Notes: generated by a model not told the origin, from the sequence alone. Positions 12,879-26,368 are shown, counted from the first letter of the stretch. The stretch: 64,000 bases of DNA from Tubiluchus corallicola (GCA_030141605.1 JAQGDQ010000730.1:20245-84244), one strand, 5' to 3'. Made by a program: numbers and translations.

Positions 12879-13842
12879 TAGTTGAGCATTAGTAGTTGAC
12901 TCATCGCACTCGACGGAAAAACATTATAAACTATTTATTTTTATTTAATTATTTTTAACGTCTATGATGTCTGCATGACTATAACTGAATGTAATGAAAA
13001 AATTGCTTAGGTCGAAATTGAGATGGGTCGAAACTACAAGTTGTAATCGGTCCCGCAGTTTAAAAAACGCCGATGAGAAATCTTCGAAGAATGCGTTCCT
13101 TTTTCTAAATGACTGTCGGCTCTTCTAGCGAAAAATCTGCCCACGGCCAGAGTCAGAAAGACACCACAATGCGATGCTTGTAGTGAATTCCGTAGTTAAG
13201 CAAACCCGTGAAAACTAGTGAAGTAGTACGAAATCCGTTTGTTAATCATGTCTAGTAGATACAGCAGTTAAATGTATTTATGAAGAGATGTAAGACGTCC
13301 AAGTCCAGACTGACTACTAGTCACACATGGGGAATAATTGCCACTGGTACAGTAACCATAGTTACACTTCGTTACACTCAGCTGAGTCATTGTGAGTGGG
13401 AGGAGACAATGAATTGATAGAATAACAACTATAGCTGGGATAGCAATAACTTAGCTTGGCTTCATTGTTCTGAAAAGGCTGAAAAGGAGTCTCTTTCTTA
13501 ATTGTGTAGACAAAAGACGCACTTCGGCTGCCAAACTGCTACTCAATCGATGGACTTGCTAAAACAATATCCATGCACGTTAATAAAAACCATTAGGGAT
13601 TAAGTTGGGTAATTGGATGTTAACAGGGATCTGAATCTGCTAACGAGCGTCGAGCGGTAATGTTTATTGAATGGCTGGACGTAACTGTTATGGAAATGTA
13701 AAATTTAGTTAAACAAGCTCTTCTCGCTTTAATATACAGTAAACACATTAAATAAATAAATTGATTAATTAATAAATACAGCTTACAGGCTTCACGAGCT
13801 GTAACGCTGTCTATTTTCCTCTAGATATATATATCTCATACG

Positions 13843-14165
13843 AATATAATATAATGTAATATAATGTAACGTAATATAATATAATGTAATATAATATGAT
13901 ATGATGTGATGTGATGTGATGTGATGTGATGTGATGTAATGTAATGTAATGCAATGTAAGGCAGTGCAATGCAATCCAACGCAATGCAATGCAATACAAT
14001 ACAATACAATGCAATGCAATGCAATGCAATGCAATGCAATGCAATGCAATACAATACAATACAATACAATACAATACAATACAATACAATACAATACAAT
14101 ACAATACAATACAATACAATACAATACAATACAATACAATACAATATAGTACAGTACAGTACAAT
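13843..14165. repeat. Compound pentanucleotide microsatellite (ATAAT/GTGAT/GCAAT/ACAAT)
   Basis: Direct inspection. Confidence 0.95.
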
Positions 14166-15456
14166 AAAATATAACCTAACTTAACCTAAGCTAACATGAC
14201 ATGGTATAACATGTATGTATTGTAGCAGTATAGTAAAAATAATAAAGGATTATTTTCCAGCCAAAATACAAACCAAAAAATAATGAAAAAAATCAGTAAA
14301 ACAGTAAACCAACAAAAACGTTGCAAAAAGATAGTAAAAGTTCAACATAGAATGAGAAACTTTAAAGAGACGAAGAAAGGTACTGTTATTCTTCGAAGAT
14401 CTGTTGAAGTTTCGCTACGTTTTTCCTGCTTTCTTAACCATTATCTGCATTATTTAGTTTACGTTTTAATGTACAAAGTTAACGTTCACAATTTTATCTA
14501 ATAAACAATGTCTCAACTTTCTCCTCACAATATCCGCGATTTTTTTTTCGAGAAATGCTGAAGATATTACTAAGTATAAGTCTAAGTGTAATGTTGTTAT
14601 AGTAAATACTTATTTAAACCAAATGCTAAAGATGCTAAGTACTCTTTATAGGTAAAAAATTGAACACTTATTTACCAACATGATTAAAAACTAGAACAAA
14701 CGTTGACCAGTATTACTGATTGAATTTAACTATTTCACTCAGTGATTACTCAGCCTATCGAGTATTGAACAAAAACCATTATGAGTTTTTTAAGCTCAAG
14801 ATTCACCATTTTCACCGTATCCGCTTGATCTAATATTGCCCGCACTGTCAAGTCTCATTTTGCCTTCGCGGTTCAAACTATCACCGACATTTATAGATGC
14901 AATTTTTCGATAAATTTCCCGCTTTTATCCGAAAATGATTCATGGCGCATCAGTCAGATTTACATGTTTTGACAAAATGTTATTTGCAGTTCGTGAATCA
15001 TGACAAATAGGTAGATTTCTGTATCGAGTCCTACAATAAAAACCAGAATAAAAGGGTCCAAAGCAAAGAGGACGATGTGTTATGCCTAGTCCACACAGAC
15101 CTTCAAAAGATGACATTGAAAACACAGAACTCTCTGTTCACACGGTCAGTCTTCACATACAGTTACTTTGCATATAACTATTACGTTTAAAGAGTTTTCT
15201 CTAACCTTTCTGAATGGCTTGCTTGGAAGGAAACTTCGTTTTAGTTTTAGCATGGGGTGGAAAGAGAAGGCAAAATGAACGAAAAAAAATTGGGTGAAAA
15301 AATCAAAGACAAATTTTTCGGAGATTAAAAGCCGAATTGCAAGTGAATTTCTAAACTGTATCGGAAAACATCAAGTACATTCGATTAGTGGACGAATTTT
15401 ACCCTCTATGCAAAGCAAAAAGATTACGTTGCCAAAACCATAGTTTGTGCTTTTGT

Positions 15457-15820
15457 ACGTTAGGTGGCCACAAAATTCCTGTACATTCTCCTATACAATT
15501 CTATAAAACGTATCGAAATTTCTGCGCAAAAAACAATTTATTCGGTCGCCTTTCGTTAAAGGAAAACCGGATGATTGTGTAAACATTAGTTCAGAATAAA
15601 GAATGCCCTATAATATTGAAAACTACAATAGCTTATTTTAAATCAAAGCTTAGATTAAATAATAATTACCTCGGATACTCAAATTTCGTAAAACTTTCAA
15701 AGCTACGCCAAAACGTACGTGCGTTAGGTGGCCACAAAATTCCTGTACATTCTCCTACACAAATCTATAAAACGTACCGAATTTCTGTACAAAGTATATT
15801 TTATTCAGTCGCTTTTTGTT
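15457..15820. repeat. Local ~95-bp direct duplication inside a dispersed repeat
   Basis: CGTTAGGTGGCCACAAAATTCCTGTAC at ~15458 and ~15722; 15556-15640 recurs inverted at ~23570-23656. Confidence 0.75.
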
Positions 15821-18234
15821 AATAATTAATTTTGTTATTCTTACTGACAGCATGCTAATTACGCATCCTCTGTAAATGAGCTCTCTTAAGTGGCGGCCAT
15901 AAGCGCCACTTACTATTGGTTATTCGTTTTGATAATGACGAACGTCATCGACGAAAATCAAGACCATCTTGATGTCGTTAAACTTGAATGACATTCAAAT
16001 TTCAGTGTCATTCTCGACGTGTAACATTGTCCTACGACACTGACAAACTCGAGAACGACAGCGTTTTGAATGACCGTGTAGATGGTACCTTATACTACAC
16101 ATAGTTTCGGGTGTACGGCAAGGATTTACATTGTCACCTGTTTTATTTAACAAATACATCGTCTGTTTAGCACTTTAATTGCCAAATTTTCTGCTGCAAT
16201 CGTTTCGTGTAAATTGAACTAATTAGACGAGTTTACGGCCCATTGCACACAGACAGACAGATTGAAATGATGTAATTCACATCTTGTCGTGGCCCCATTA
16301 ATCACATTGCCGTAGCCGTAACTTGCATACTGACAACTGATATGAGTTTCCTCGCCACTGATACAGCTTTGTTCTAATTCAGCTGAGTCAACTTCGTTGA
16401 GTTTCGTTATTTGCTTTTACCACTGACAAGCAATACGATAAAGTGATGCTTTGATTTCATTTTATCAAAACAATTTCATTTACTGCACATTGTCATTCGA
16501 GGCGGACGTAGACTGATGGCAGCTCTAGTGATGGGGAGCGTATGATCCAGCCTATATACTTCTTCAGTTACGATTTATAAACTTTCAGTCGTAATTATAC
16601 CGTTATGCTCAGAGTTTTTAAGCTATTCCTTTTTTTATTATAATGACTTTTTCTTGATGACGTTGACCTCCATTTTAACTTTTTTTATTTCTTAGACATT
16701 CCTGCATCTATTAATTAAATGCATCTAATTAATTAAAGTAGATTTGGCCAGATGAAAAAAAAATCAATGAAAAAGTAAATATGCTTGATGTACTAGATTT
16801 GTGTTTAATTTAATTTGTATTTCAAAAGCAGGTGAACACGCGAAACTATTTGCTCAAAAATACTTCTAATTATTGATTAATTAATCGACTAATTAATGAA
16901 AAATACTACTAATTAAATACTTCTAGTTCCAAGTACTAAACCCGTTTTTAGTTTTTTGCAGAGGTAAGAAATTATTACATAAGAATATAGGAAAGATTAT
17001 TAAAATGGTAGTGAGCAAAACTTACAGCTTTGGTACCTTAATATTTCAAAAAACAACAATAGCAGCAGTTACAGAAGTTAATTTCAAAGGGTGTTAAAAT
17101 ATAGAAAACGAACTAACCTCATACAGGTGTAAAAAGTGTTGCTGAAACAGGTATCACTGGTAATCACAGTCATATTAATTTAGGATATTCCTCCATGGTC
17201 AATGGGCCTCAATGAATTTAGAATGTTATTGAAATTGTTCTGGCACAATTTGTCCAAATACCCTTCTTATTTTGTCATGTTATTATTATGTTATGTTGCT
17301 GAAGTTATGTTGTTGTTGTTGCTGTTGTTGTTGTTGTTGTCATTGTTGTTGTTGGGTTTTGTTGTTACTGATTATACTTTTGTGTCATAGTAACTTGTTA
17401 CCGCTTTGTTTACATTTGGTTGCCATAGTGATAGTTGCTAGAATACTAGTGTGGTTTCACAAGAGAAGCTCCGCCTACATGCCGTTTAACCCCATCATTT
17501 TTAGTTTTAATTGGGGTACATCTGAATTATGGGACGGGATTGATGGAGAAAACGACCTTTAAATAACCTTGTTCACTTCCCGGATCACTATTTGCAATAT
17601 AAGCTCCACAGTTTCAGCTCCGCCCACAAACTCCGCCACAGTTTTCAGCTTTTTCTTGAGGTTGTTTCTCCAGCGCAAATTGATGTTATGAATAAACGGC
17701 TGTCATCTCGGTCATGTTTATAGTTGTCCGCGTACGCGCAGTGATCCACTTATAGATGCATCAAATCTTCTTTTCATTGCCCTGAGAATAATTGGCCTAG
17801 GACGGATTAATAGATTCATCTAGTGGAATCAATACTAAACCCGAGTTGCTAGAAGCCAGGGAATATGACGGTAATACCATTTGGCTATTAATCGTCTTGG
17901 ATGGCAGAGCGTCTCTAATTTGGAAGTAGCTGCTTGGTCAGTTGTCTGGCCTGACAGCATATGCGATGGTCAATCAGCCTCTAACTGATCGATTATTTGC
18001 AATTATCGTCCAATCTTGACAAGCCTGAGACATGGCGGCCGCCTTGATGCTGAAAAATTAGCAACGAAGAGAAGCGAAACGTGATTTGTATGGCTTCCGG
18101 TCAGAGGAGGCGAAAAGAAGCTGCGGAACGTGAGTTGATTGGATGAGAAAGAAGATAAGAAGGTTACTCCAGGGGATGAATTTTATGCCTTCTTGGTTCA
18201 AACATTCACTGTTAGCAGTCATTCATAATTATTA

Positions 18235-18945
18235 TGGTTATGACAGCGATCAAAATGATTGCAATTACAACGATGACAATGAATGTGGCATCAACAATGA
18301 TGGCAATGACGAAGACCATGGTGATGGTGATGATGACGACGAGGATGATGACGGTGATGATGATGATGACCACGACGATCACGACGACGACGACCATGAC
18401 GATGACGACGATGGTGATGACGACACAACGAATATGATGATGGTGGTGATGATAACAACGACGACGATAATGATAATGATAATGATGATGACGATGACGA
18501 CGACGACGGCAACCATGACGACGATGATGACCATGACGATAAACAAGACGACGACAACGACAACGATGATGATGATGGTGATGACGACGACGACGACGAT
18601 GACGACGATGACGACCATGACGATGAACAAGACGACGACGACGGCAACCATGACTGGTGATGATGATGACCACGACGACGACGACGACCATAACGATGAT
18701 GATGATGGTGGTGATGATGATGACGACGACGATGATAATGATGATGACCACGACGATAACGATGATGATGACGACGTCGGCGACGACGATGATGATGATG
18801 GTGGTGATGATGACGACGACGACGATGATAATGATGATGACCACGACGATAACGATGATGATGACGACCACGATGACGATGACGACGACGAGGACGATGG
18901 TGATGATGACATTGAATAATGATGGCGACAACGACCATGATGATT
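18235..18945. repeat. (GAT/GAC)n degenerate trinucleotide repeat
   Basis: Direct inspection; produces artefactual poly-D/M/T/H/S ORFs. Confidence 0.92.
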
Positions 18946-20812
18946 TCTGCAGAAGATAGGAAATAACTTGGAATAGTGATATGCTGCTAAAACAAATGAA
19001 ATACGCAGATGTTGATGTTCACGTTCAGCGGAGAGCAAACACATAAAGTTAACTATGTACTTGATGTTGAAGTTGTGTCAATACTGCCATGCAGTGAGAT
19101 GTCATAATGCCCCACTGAGATGTCAGTAGCATTTCCTGGAAGTTTAGCATACCACGGGATACGGATGTCCGCTAAATCTATCAACGTTGATTCTTTAAAA
19201 GTATTGATTGTCTTAAATTACTTCATTATTTTAAAAAGGGAGAGTAAAAGATAATCTCGAAGCAAAGAGCAAACTGTCTGTGATTCTTTCGTTCGAGATT
19301 TTCATCAGGTAGCATCCTAGGAGTCCCGAGAGGTCCCGAGAGGAGGTATTTCTTGAAAGAGGTCCTAGGAGGAGGTAATTCTTGAAAACAGGAAAGAGAA
19401 GGAGCAGAAGAAAGCAGCCAGGAAAACAACACCACGGGAAGAGATCGCCATGTACATTAGAAAATCACAAGGACTGGTCTCTTTGTGACCCGCTTTCGTG
19501 AATTGTAGTAAAATTATTCCTTTGTCATGGTTGAGCTTTACTTTACATCACTTGGATGTATGACTACCAGCAAGGAAAGGATGGTAGAGTTTTCGTGTTG
19601 TTCTAACTATAGGTGAACGCGTGTATCTGTCTTGCCTATGACATGCATTCATACTGTAGATCATATCGGATTGTGCTGATGGCTTTCGACACACCTTTAC
19701 TTTATGATACATAGCATACGAAATTTGTTGACCCTTGGGAGAACGTCACCCCTAACATTGTCGTCTTGAGCTAGAGCTAATATTACTTTTCATTAACGTA
19801 AAACTAGCGAAATAAATAAAATTCTCTCGGGGTATACTGGCAGAGTTACATATATTGCCATATCTTGTAACGTGAAAAGATTTCTCGGATTTTTACCTGC
19901 AGGGCAAAATCTTGAATGTATTATTCCGCCGTGTGTATTATTCAGTGCAGCTGAAAAGCTAGCATTAAGTCTGTACATTAGCTGGTTTGACAAAAACGTT
20001 TTTCTGGTCTTCTATAACGTTACCTAAACTAATTTCCTCCGTGCAGGTAAATTCTATATACTCTGGACGAAGTGAACAGCTGTACGGTCACGGCGCGTGC
20101 TTAACGACCTAAGTTAAATAATGCCGAATCTGATTGGGTAAATGCGTTGGTACAACCGGGAAAACTACATCTGCCTGTCTTTCGTTGAGGTAGAATGTGT
20201 ACACAAGTGCACGTGGCAACGACACCTCTGCTGATCCAGTGCCTCACCTTAGAGGATTATCGTTGATAATTGTTTAAAAATCGGTAGCGTTTTAAATAAG
20301 TTATCAGCTTAAAGGAAAGGAAAGTATCTTTAACTCGCGGAAATTCGGGTTTATTTCAATGTTTAAAAAAATGTTGGAAAGATTTAGTAATAAAAATGTG
20401 ATAATTATGTATAATTAGTAATATCACTTTACAGTCGAAATAATTTCACGCGTAGGTGCTCCCATTTTGAACGCCCATTCTTCCACCAATGACGTCATTC
20501 ACCGACTGAAGAAAAGCAAAGTACTGCCAATTTCCATCAAATGTATCATAAGATTTTACAAAAAATTAGATAGACAATTTGCGATATTTTTGCATGAATA
20601 TTAGGTAAGCTGCAAAAGTGCCAATTAATTTGAACAGCGCACGCTTACGGAAAGTCACGATACGCTTACGGAAAGTCCCGAAGTCTACAAGTTTCGTCAT
20701 AATCTTCAAGTGAATGGCGACTACTACAGCACCTGAAAAGTAGGCAGTTCTTTGCAATTTAAAATAAACCCAACATATTAAGCGACTTATCATTTCTTTT
20801 AAGCAAACATAT

Positions 20813-21237
20813 TGTAACGTCTCCGGGTTCCATTCCAGTCGGCAATTTCGGATCCCACTTCTGACACCAGTGTAACGGATCCGGGTTCCCGCGCGGATCC
20901 GTCTCAGGATGTATAGAGCGGCATACAAGTTATGAAATACTTTACAGCAGACGAGAAAAGTAAAAAGAATACGAATGTAAAATAAACTTTAATGCACAAC
21001 CAGTAGCTCCATGACATGTGAACAGACTTTGTTACAGTAGCTCCATGACATGTGAACAGACTTTGGTATAAAAATCAGCAAACCTACAGCATTCACCCTT
21101 ACAGACAGAAAGGCCACGTTGGAATCGTCAAATTACGACATGCGTTCTGTTTTATACAGGTACATTTGCATTACTGGGCTTCTCAACCATACCCATTACT
21201 AACATTAGGGGGTTGGTCATAATCTGCCTTCGTAACA
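20813..21237 (-). mobile_element. Internally deleted Gypsy-type LTR retrotransposon: 5' LTR, PBS and the tip of the 3' LTR
   Basis: Minus strand: TGTTACG...CGTTACA LTR (21237-20871) with ATTAAA; PBS TGGTGTCAGAAGTGGGAT (20869-20852, tRNA-Leu type); then GGAACCCGGAGACGTTACA repeating the LTR end; ATAT on both flanks. Confidence 0.8.
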
Positions 21238-21687
21238 ATATTTTACACTTATGGCAACAAAAAAGATAAGATAAACAAAAAATTAAAGAAATTCTGAAAT
21301 GATTAACAATATCAAGATATGAATTTATGCGTGATGATGAAAAGGCCATTCTAGCAAAGAAACTGGATGTGTAAAATAATGTATTTGAAAGTATTACCCT
21401 AAAATAGACACTTTGTTAATAATTTACTAACACTAGAGGGCGTTAAGGAAAGTGAGTAAATTTTGGCTTGATGGGCAGGAGGTTTGTATGTTGGAGAAGG
21501 ATTTTGCAAACTAGTTTCTTCTTAATATAAAAAACTGGTGAGTTTATGAATTATTATTATTATTATAATTCTTTATTTTTAAAAACTATGTACAGAATAC
21601 ATTCCCTCTATTTGTAGGGATATGTTTAAAATTTCTAAAAGTATTTACAACGTATTAAACATATTCTAATATATATTCTAAACGCTA

Positions 21688-21745
21688 ATGATCTACGTGT
21701 TTTGTGACGGCAACGACGACTGTGGCACAGACGAAGAAAACTGCC
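21688..21745 (+). CDS. Partial or degenerate LDLa exon
   Basis: MIYVFCDGNDDCGTDEENC with phase-1 donor C|gtatga; in-frame TAA at 21679 and the N-terminal half of the module is missing. Confidence 0.5.
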
Positions 21746-21956
21746 GTATGAATAACTTTTTAACTATCTTTTTAACTATCTAATAAATTTAAAATTAAAT
21801 AGTTTAACTCACAAAAATAGGAAAAAGAAGATGATATGCTTACATCAGGACCAAAATCGATGGACCTGCAATGAATTTAATTTTTTATTAATTTTTATCT
21901 TTATAATTGCATTTTTGCACTTCGTAAATGCGACATAAGTTCTCTTTTATGTTATT

Positions 21957-22431
21957 GGGCGTTCAGACGAGAGAGTTCTCTCACCAGTTCTTGCGAGCGT
22001 TCTCTCTGAGAGTGAGCACGCAAGTGTGAACGACTTTACGAGTTCTCTTGACAAGTTATTGCACACTTTCCGAGAGTTGTCTCTGAGAGTGAGCACGCAT
22101 GTGTGAACGACTTTACGAGTTCTCTCGACAAGTTATTGCAGAATAACCGTTAGCTGCTGAGAGTTCTTGCGCAATAATATGCGAGAGAACTCGTAAGGTC
22201 GTTCACACTTGACACTTTACTCTGAGAGACAACTCTCGGAGAATTTGCAATAACTTGTCGAGAGAACTCGTAAAGTCGTTCACACTTGACAGTTTACTCT
22301 CAGAGACAACTCTCGGAGAATTTGCATTAACTTGTAGAGAGAACTCGTAAAATCGTTCACACTTGCGAGTTCAGTCTCAGAGAGAACTTTCGCAAGAACT
22401 GACGAGAGAACTCTCTAATCTTAACACGCCA
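21957..22431. mobile_element. Foldback (palindromic) MITE with internal ~70-bp sub-repeats
   Basis: Left arm GAGAGTTCTCTC...AAGTGTGAACGACTTTACGAGTTCTC is mirrored by right arm GAGAACTCGTAAAGTCGTTCACACTTG...GAGAACTCTC. Confidence 0.8.
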
Positions 22432-22516
22432 TTATATATATATATATTGCAATTGCAAGACTAGGCGCCTGTTATTTCATGAATATATTTGCAATAATTA
22501 AAGTTGCTGTTCATAG

Positions 22517-22636
22517 ATTTACACACTGAAGCAGAAGGATTCAGGAAATGTTCAGACGGTGTTAATCATTACCCAACTTCCTCGCTGTGTGACGGAACGG
22601 AACTTTGCTCAGATGGAACAGATGAACTTCTCTGCA
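22517..22636 (+). CDS. LDLa-like exon, 4-Cys variant, phase 1-1
   Basis: ttcatag| LHTEAEGFRKCSDGVNHYPTSSLCDGTELCSDGTDELLC |gtaatt; 120 nt. Confidence 0.75.
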
Positions 22637-22668
22637 GTAATTTTTCATCTTATTATATTCATCTATCA

Positions 22669-23150
22669 CAGGGTCGTGCAAATTATCTGACTAGCCGAGC
22701 CACATTAAACTTTCCCGCAATTCCTGCGAGCCACAGGCAGTTTGATCAAGGAGCCAAGTACAGAAAGGCCTAATAATGATTTTTTTGCATCCGACCTGCT
22801 TACATCATTACTACTACACTCAAGAAACTATTTTAGAAGTTATTAAAATTTATATTACAAACCATATATTTCTACTATCAGGACAGATAGTGGTAATTTC
22901 ATTACAATGCATATTAGTAATGTGTATCACACAGTCTGTGTAGTACAGTGACATTAAGCTACAACCATCTTGTAAGGGTTAATGGCATCCGATCTAGCAG
23001 GAAAAACTACCCACACTATCTTTGGGATCGTGGCACGAACTTCAGCTGGATGCACTCAATTAATCGCCCGGGCCGCATTTTCATTAGGTTGACAAATCTT
23101 TTCGCGGGCCGCACAAATTCTCTGAGCGGGTCGCAATTTCCACACCCCTG
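22669..23150 (+). mobile_element. hAT-type MITE, family B copy 1
   Basis: CAGGG...CCCCTG ends; 8-bp flanks ATCTATCA/TTCTATCA; inverted copy at 43445-43924. Confidence 0.85.
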
Positions 23151-23819
23151 TTCTATCATTTATGTAAACAATATAATTATTTATAATCTTAATATCAAGA
23201 TTATTTTTATAAAAACCACAATTAATTGAATTTCGAAACTAATTTTAGAAAAGTATCAAATTGGGAATAATTAGTTTATAAAGTTAATTAATCGAACACA
23301 GCTATTGCTTACGTCAGAAACTAACCACAGTTTGTGCAATGGCAGGCATCTTCCCTTGAGCGCCAAGCACATTTGCATAGGTCTTACAGTACTGTTTAAA
23401 CGCGTGATGTCACGAAAAATGGGCTCTACGTCATATGACGTCAGAAACTAACACAACCTTTCATGATCATGCTTATCACGGTACCGCCTTCTATTTGTCG
23501 CCCACGCGAATGTGACAAAAAGGCGCCGTTGCCAATCTTAGTAAATTCACTATGCCGCGTGTAGCTTTGATTTATAAAAGCTATTGTAGTTTTCAATATT
23601 TTAGAGCATTCTTTATTCTGAACTAATGTTTACACAATCATCCAGTTTTCCTTTAAGCTTTATTATACAATAACTAAGTAATTTTCAATTATTCATACCT
23701 AAGTAAACAAACAACATTGTAGTAACATCAGTACTGGAGGCTGATTATTTGCAATACCATAGTTAATACTAGCATAATTATTATAAAACAATCAATTTTC
23801 TACTACTTAGGCTTTTGTT

Positions 23820-24325
23820 TACACTCACTTTGGCATGACATAAATGATGAATTAAAAACTGTTCAGCCAATTCAAAAACTTAGAAAGAAATACTGAGCAA
23901 TGATTCTCAACAAGTACAACACTTCCTAATTTCCCACACCTACTGCAGCAGTCATACCACAATCCTGGTACAGATTATGCAAAACAAGGCATCATTGATA
24001 AATCTTTAGAGCTGGTGTCAACATAGCACAATCTATTATCTTTCTTCCTACCATTTCCACTAACACATCCTTCTACCCTTCCTGTGTGATCTAAACTTTC
24101 TCCCAGTTCTTTTTTCGTTCACTCATCCATTCTTTTTTTATCGGGTTCACATAACAGTGGGCTTATACAAGCCTTTGCTTCTCTAGCCCACTGCAGTACA
24201 ATTATTCTTTTATGATAACGATAGTGTATGAAACATAACAATTTAATACAGTATGATGTAATAATTTTGATATCACTGTGTGCTTAATGTCACAATATTG
24301 TACTGAATGTGATAATAATAATAAA
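23820..24325 (+). mobile_element. CR1/Crack-like LINE 3' end, family A copy 2
   Basis: Homologous to 9711-10165. Confidence 0.7.
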
Positions 24326-24358
24326 TCAAAAAAATAAAATAGATGCCGTTCCTTTTAG

Positions 24359-24472
24359 GGAGTTGTCCAGAGGGATATAGTAAATGTGCTGACGGTTTAG
24401 GTTGCTATCTGGACTCAGCTAAATGTGATGAAAAACCCGATTGCAGTGATGAAAGTGATGAAGACGAATGCG
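24359..24472 (+). CDS. LDL-receptor class A exon, phase 1-1
   Basis: cttttag| SCPEGYSKCADGLGCYLDSAKCDEKPDCSDESDEDEC |gtaaga; 6 Cys and the DxSDE motif; 114 nt. Confidence 0.88.
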
Positions 24473-24677
24473 GTAAGATGTCTCATTACATCAGCAAAAG
24501 ATAGTCGTTGTTTCTGTCACGTGATTCAAACAATGATTACTACAGCGAGTAATACGGCTGCTTGAAGCGCAAGAAAACTCTCCACTAACATAAAGCTTAG
24601 AAAATTAGTCTTGAAATTTGATACCACTTACATACTGCCCTTTTCCAATCAGAACTTGTGTCAGAAATTTTTACGAA

Positions 24678-24865
24678 CCCCGTACATTATTTCACAAGCT
24701 GACCGCTAGCTGGCAGGCCGTCACTTTGTTTACATCACGTACATCAGTGTAACCACGTGTATATCTCTTTGTATAAAAATATAGAATCAATTGTGCAGAC
24801 CTATTTGAGTCAATTGCAGACAGTTTTTATATACTTTTGCATAGGAGTGGCCAGTACTTAGGTGT
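24678..24865. repeat. Dispersed repeat with an inverted copy at ~58005-58172
   Basis: GGCAGGCCGTCACTTTGTTTACATC...GGCCAGTACTTAGG is shared by both copies. Confidence 0.75.
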
Positions 24866-24998
24866 TTTTGAGACAATTAGGTATCATGTATCCTTGATAG
24901 TTGGATATTTTAAATTATGCATGAAACAAGGTAACTGATATTTTAAGTCCACTTAGAGGTTCTCTATGGCCTACCAAACCCATTTTCTTCTACTTCAG

Positions 24999-25121
24999 GC
25001 AATAAATGTCCTGTTGGATATTTCAAATGTCTTCTGAGTCGTGAATGTGTTGAAAAAGTGAAACGTTGCAACGAGGAAAGAGACTGCCGTGATGCAACCG
25101 ACGAAGCATTTTGTACGACTG
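24999..25121 (+). CDS. LDL-receptor class A exon, phase 1-1
   Basis: acttcag| NKCPVGYFKCLLSRECVEKVKRCNEERDCRDATDEAFCTT |gtaata; 123 nt. Confidence 0.85.
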
Positions 25122-25244
25122 GTAATAATTAGGATGCTAAAATATGTAAAAATGTTTCGTTATTTTGCACTGTGAGTGTCAGCCTAGTACGTGTTTCTCA
25201 AAATAAACCTTACTGCTGGTTGTACCAACTTAATTATTGTTTTT

Positions 25245-25665
25245 TATTATTATTATTATAATCACATTCAGTACAATATAAAGCACACGGTGACATCAAA
25301 ATTATTACATCTACTGTATTAAATTCTTATGTTTCATACACTATCGTTATCATAAAAGAATAATTGTACTGCAGTGGGCTAGAGAAGCAAAGGCTTGAAT
25401 ACGCCCCACTGTCATGTGAACCAGATAAAAAAAGAATGGATGAGTGAACAAAAAAAAGAACTGGGAGAAAGGTTAGATCACACAGGAAGTGTAGAAGGAT
25501 GTGTTAGTGGAAATGGTAGGAAGAAAGATAATAGATTGTGCTATGTTGACATCAGCTCTAAAGATGTATCAATGATGCCTTGTTTTGCATAATCTGTACT
25601 AGGATTGTGGTATGACTGCTGCAGTAGGTGTGGGATATTGGGAAGTTGTTGTACTTGTTGAGAAT
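25245..25665 (-). mobile_element. CR1/Crack-like LINE 3' end, family A copy 3 (inverted)
   Basis: Reverse complement of 23900-24325. Confidence 0.72.
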
Positions 25666-25859
25666 GAAACTTTTATTTATTTTCGTATTAAAACCAGTAA
25701 GATAAACAGTAAAACGTATGGTCACGCAAGTACAAAAAACTAATAAATCAATAATCGTTCAAATTTATTTTCATAGAAAAATTTTGATAAGTCGATTTTT
25801 ATTATTATTTTGCCAAAAATTTGGCTACAGTAATTGATTTCTTCGTGTCCAAAAAAACT

Positions 25860-26368
25860 TTACAAAACATGCATCAACTGATTTGGGAGTGTCCTGCTGA
25901 TTTTCCGCTTCTGCTGTTTCCGGTCTAACAGAATTGTAATACCAACTATGATGCCTGGTATGATTTTGGATGCAGATAACTTTGACAAGTCTGGAGTTTT
26001 ATCTGTAGTTATTTCTGTCGTAATCGTCGTTGCTGTTGTTGTAACTGTGGCAACTGTCGTCGTTGCTGTTGTTGTAACTGTGGCAACTGTCGTCGTTGCT
26101 GTTGTTGTAACTGTGGTAACTGTCGTCGTTGCTGTTGTAACTGTGGCAACTGTCGTCGTTGCTGTTGTAACTGTGGCAACTATCGTCGTTGCTGTTGTAA
26201 CTGTGGCAACTGTCGTCGTTGCTGTTGTTGTCACATCACACTCAAAATCTCCAAGTTTAGCATCTTTAACCTTTGTTGGACAAGCATAGTTAACCCTGGT
26301 ACGATTGTTATTGGACCATGGTGGCGAAACGATCCAGATTAAACTGCAGTCACATCTTATTTGTTCTC
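25860..26368 (-). CDS. Terminal exon: LRR C-terminal cap, Thr-rich stalk and short hydrophobic segment
   Basis: tttttag| EQIRCDCSLIWIVSPPW...YACPTKVKDAKLGDFECD, then (VTTATTTVAT)n, then IIPGIIVGITILL RKQQKRK...*; CDCxLxW...C...C is the LRRCT pattern. Confidence 0.65.

Noticed and set aside
18143-19044. Asp-rich biomineralisation-like ORF and His-rich antisense ORFs
   Set aside because: GAY microsatellite that drifts between poly-D and poly-M/T frames; no signal peptide
21688-26368. A single LDLa + LRR receptor gene (LGR/GRL101-like)
   Set aside because: LDLa and LRRCT exons are on opposite strands; no LRR repeats or 7TM exons seen
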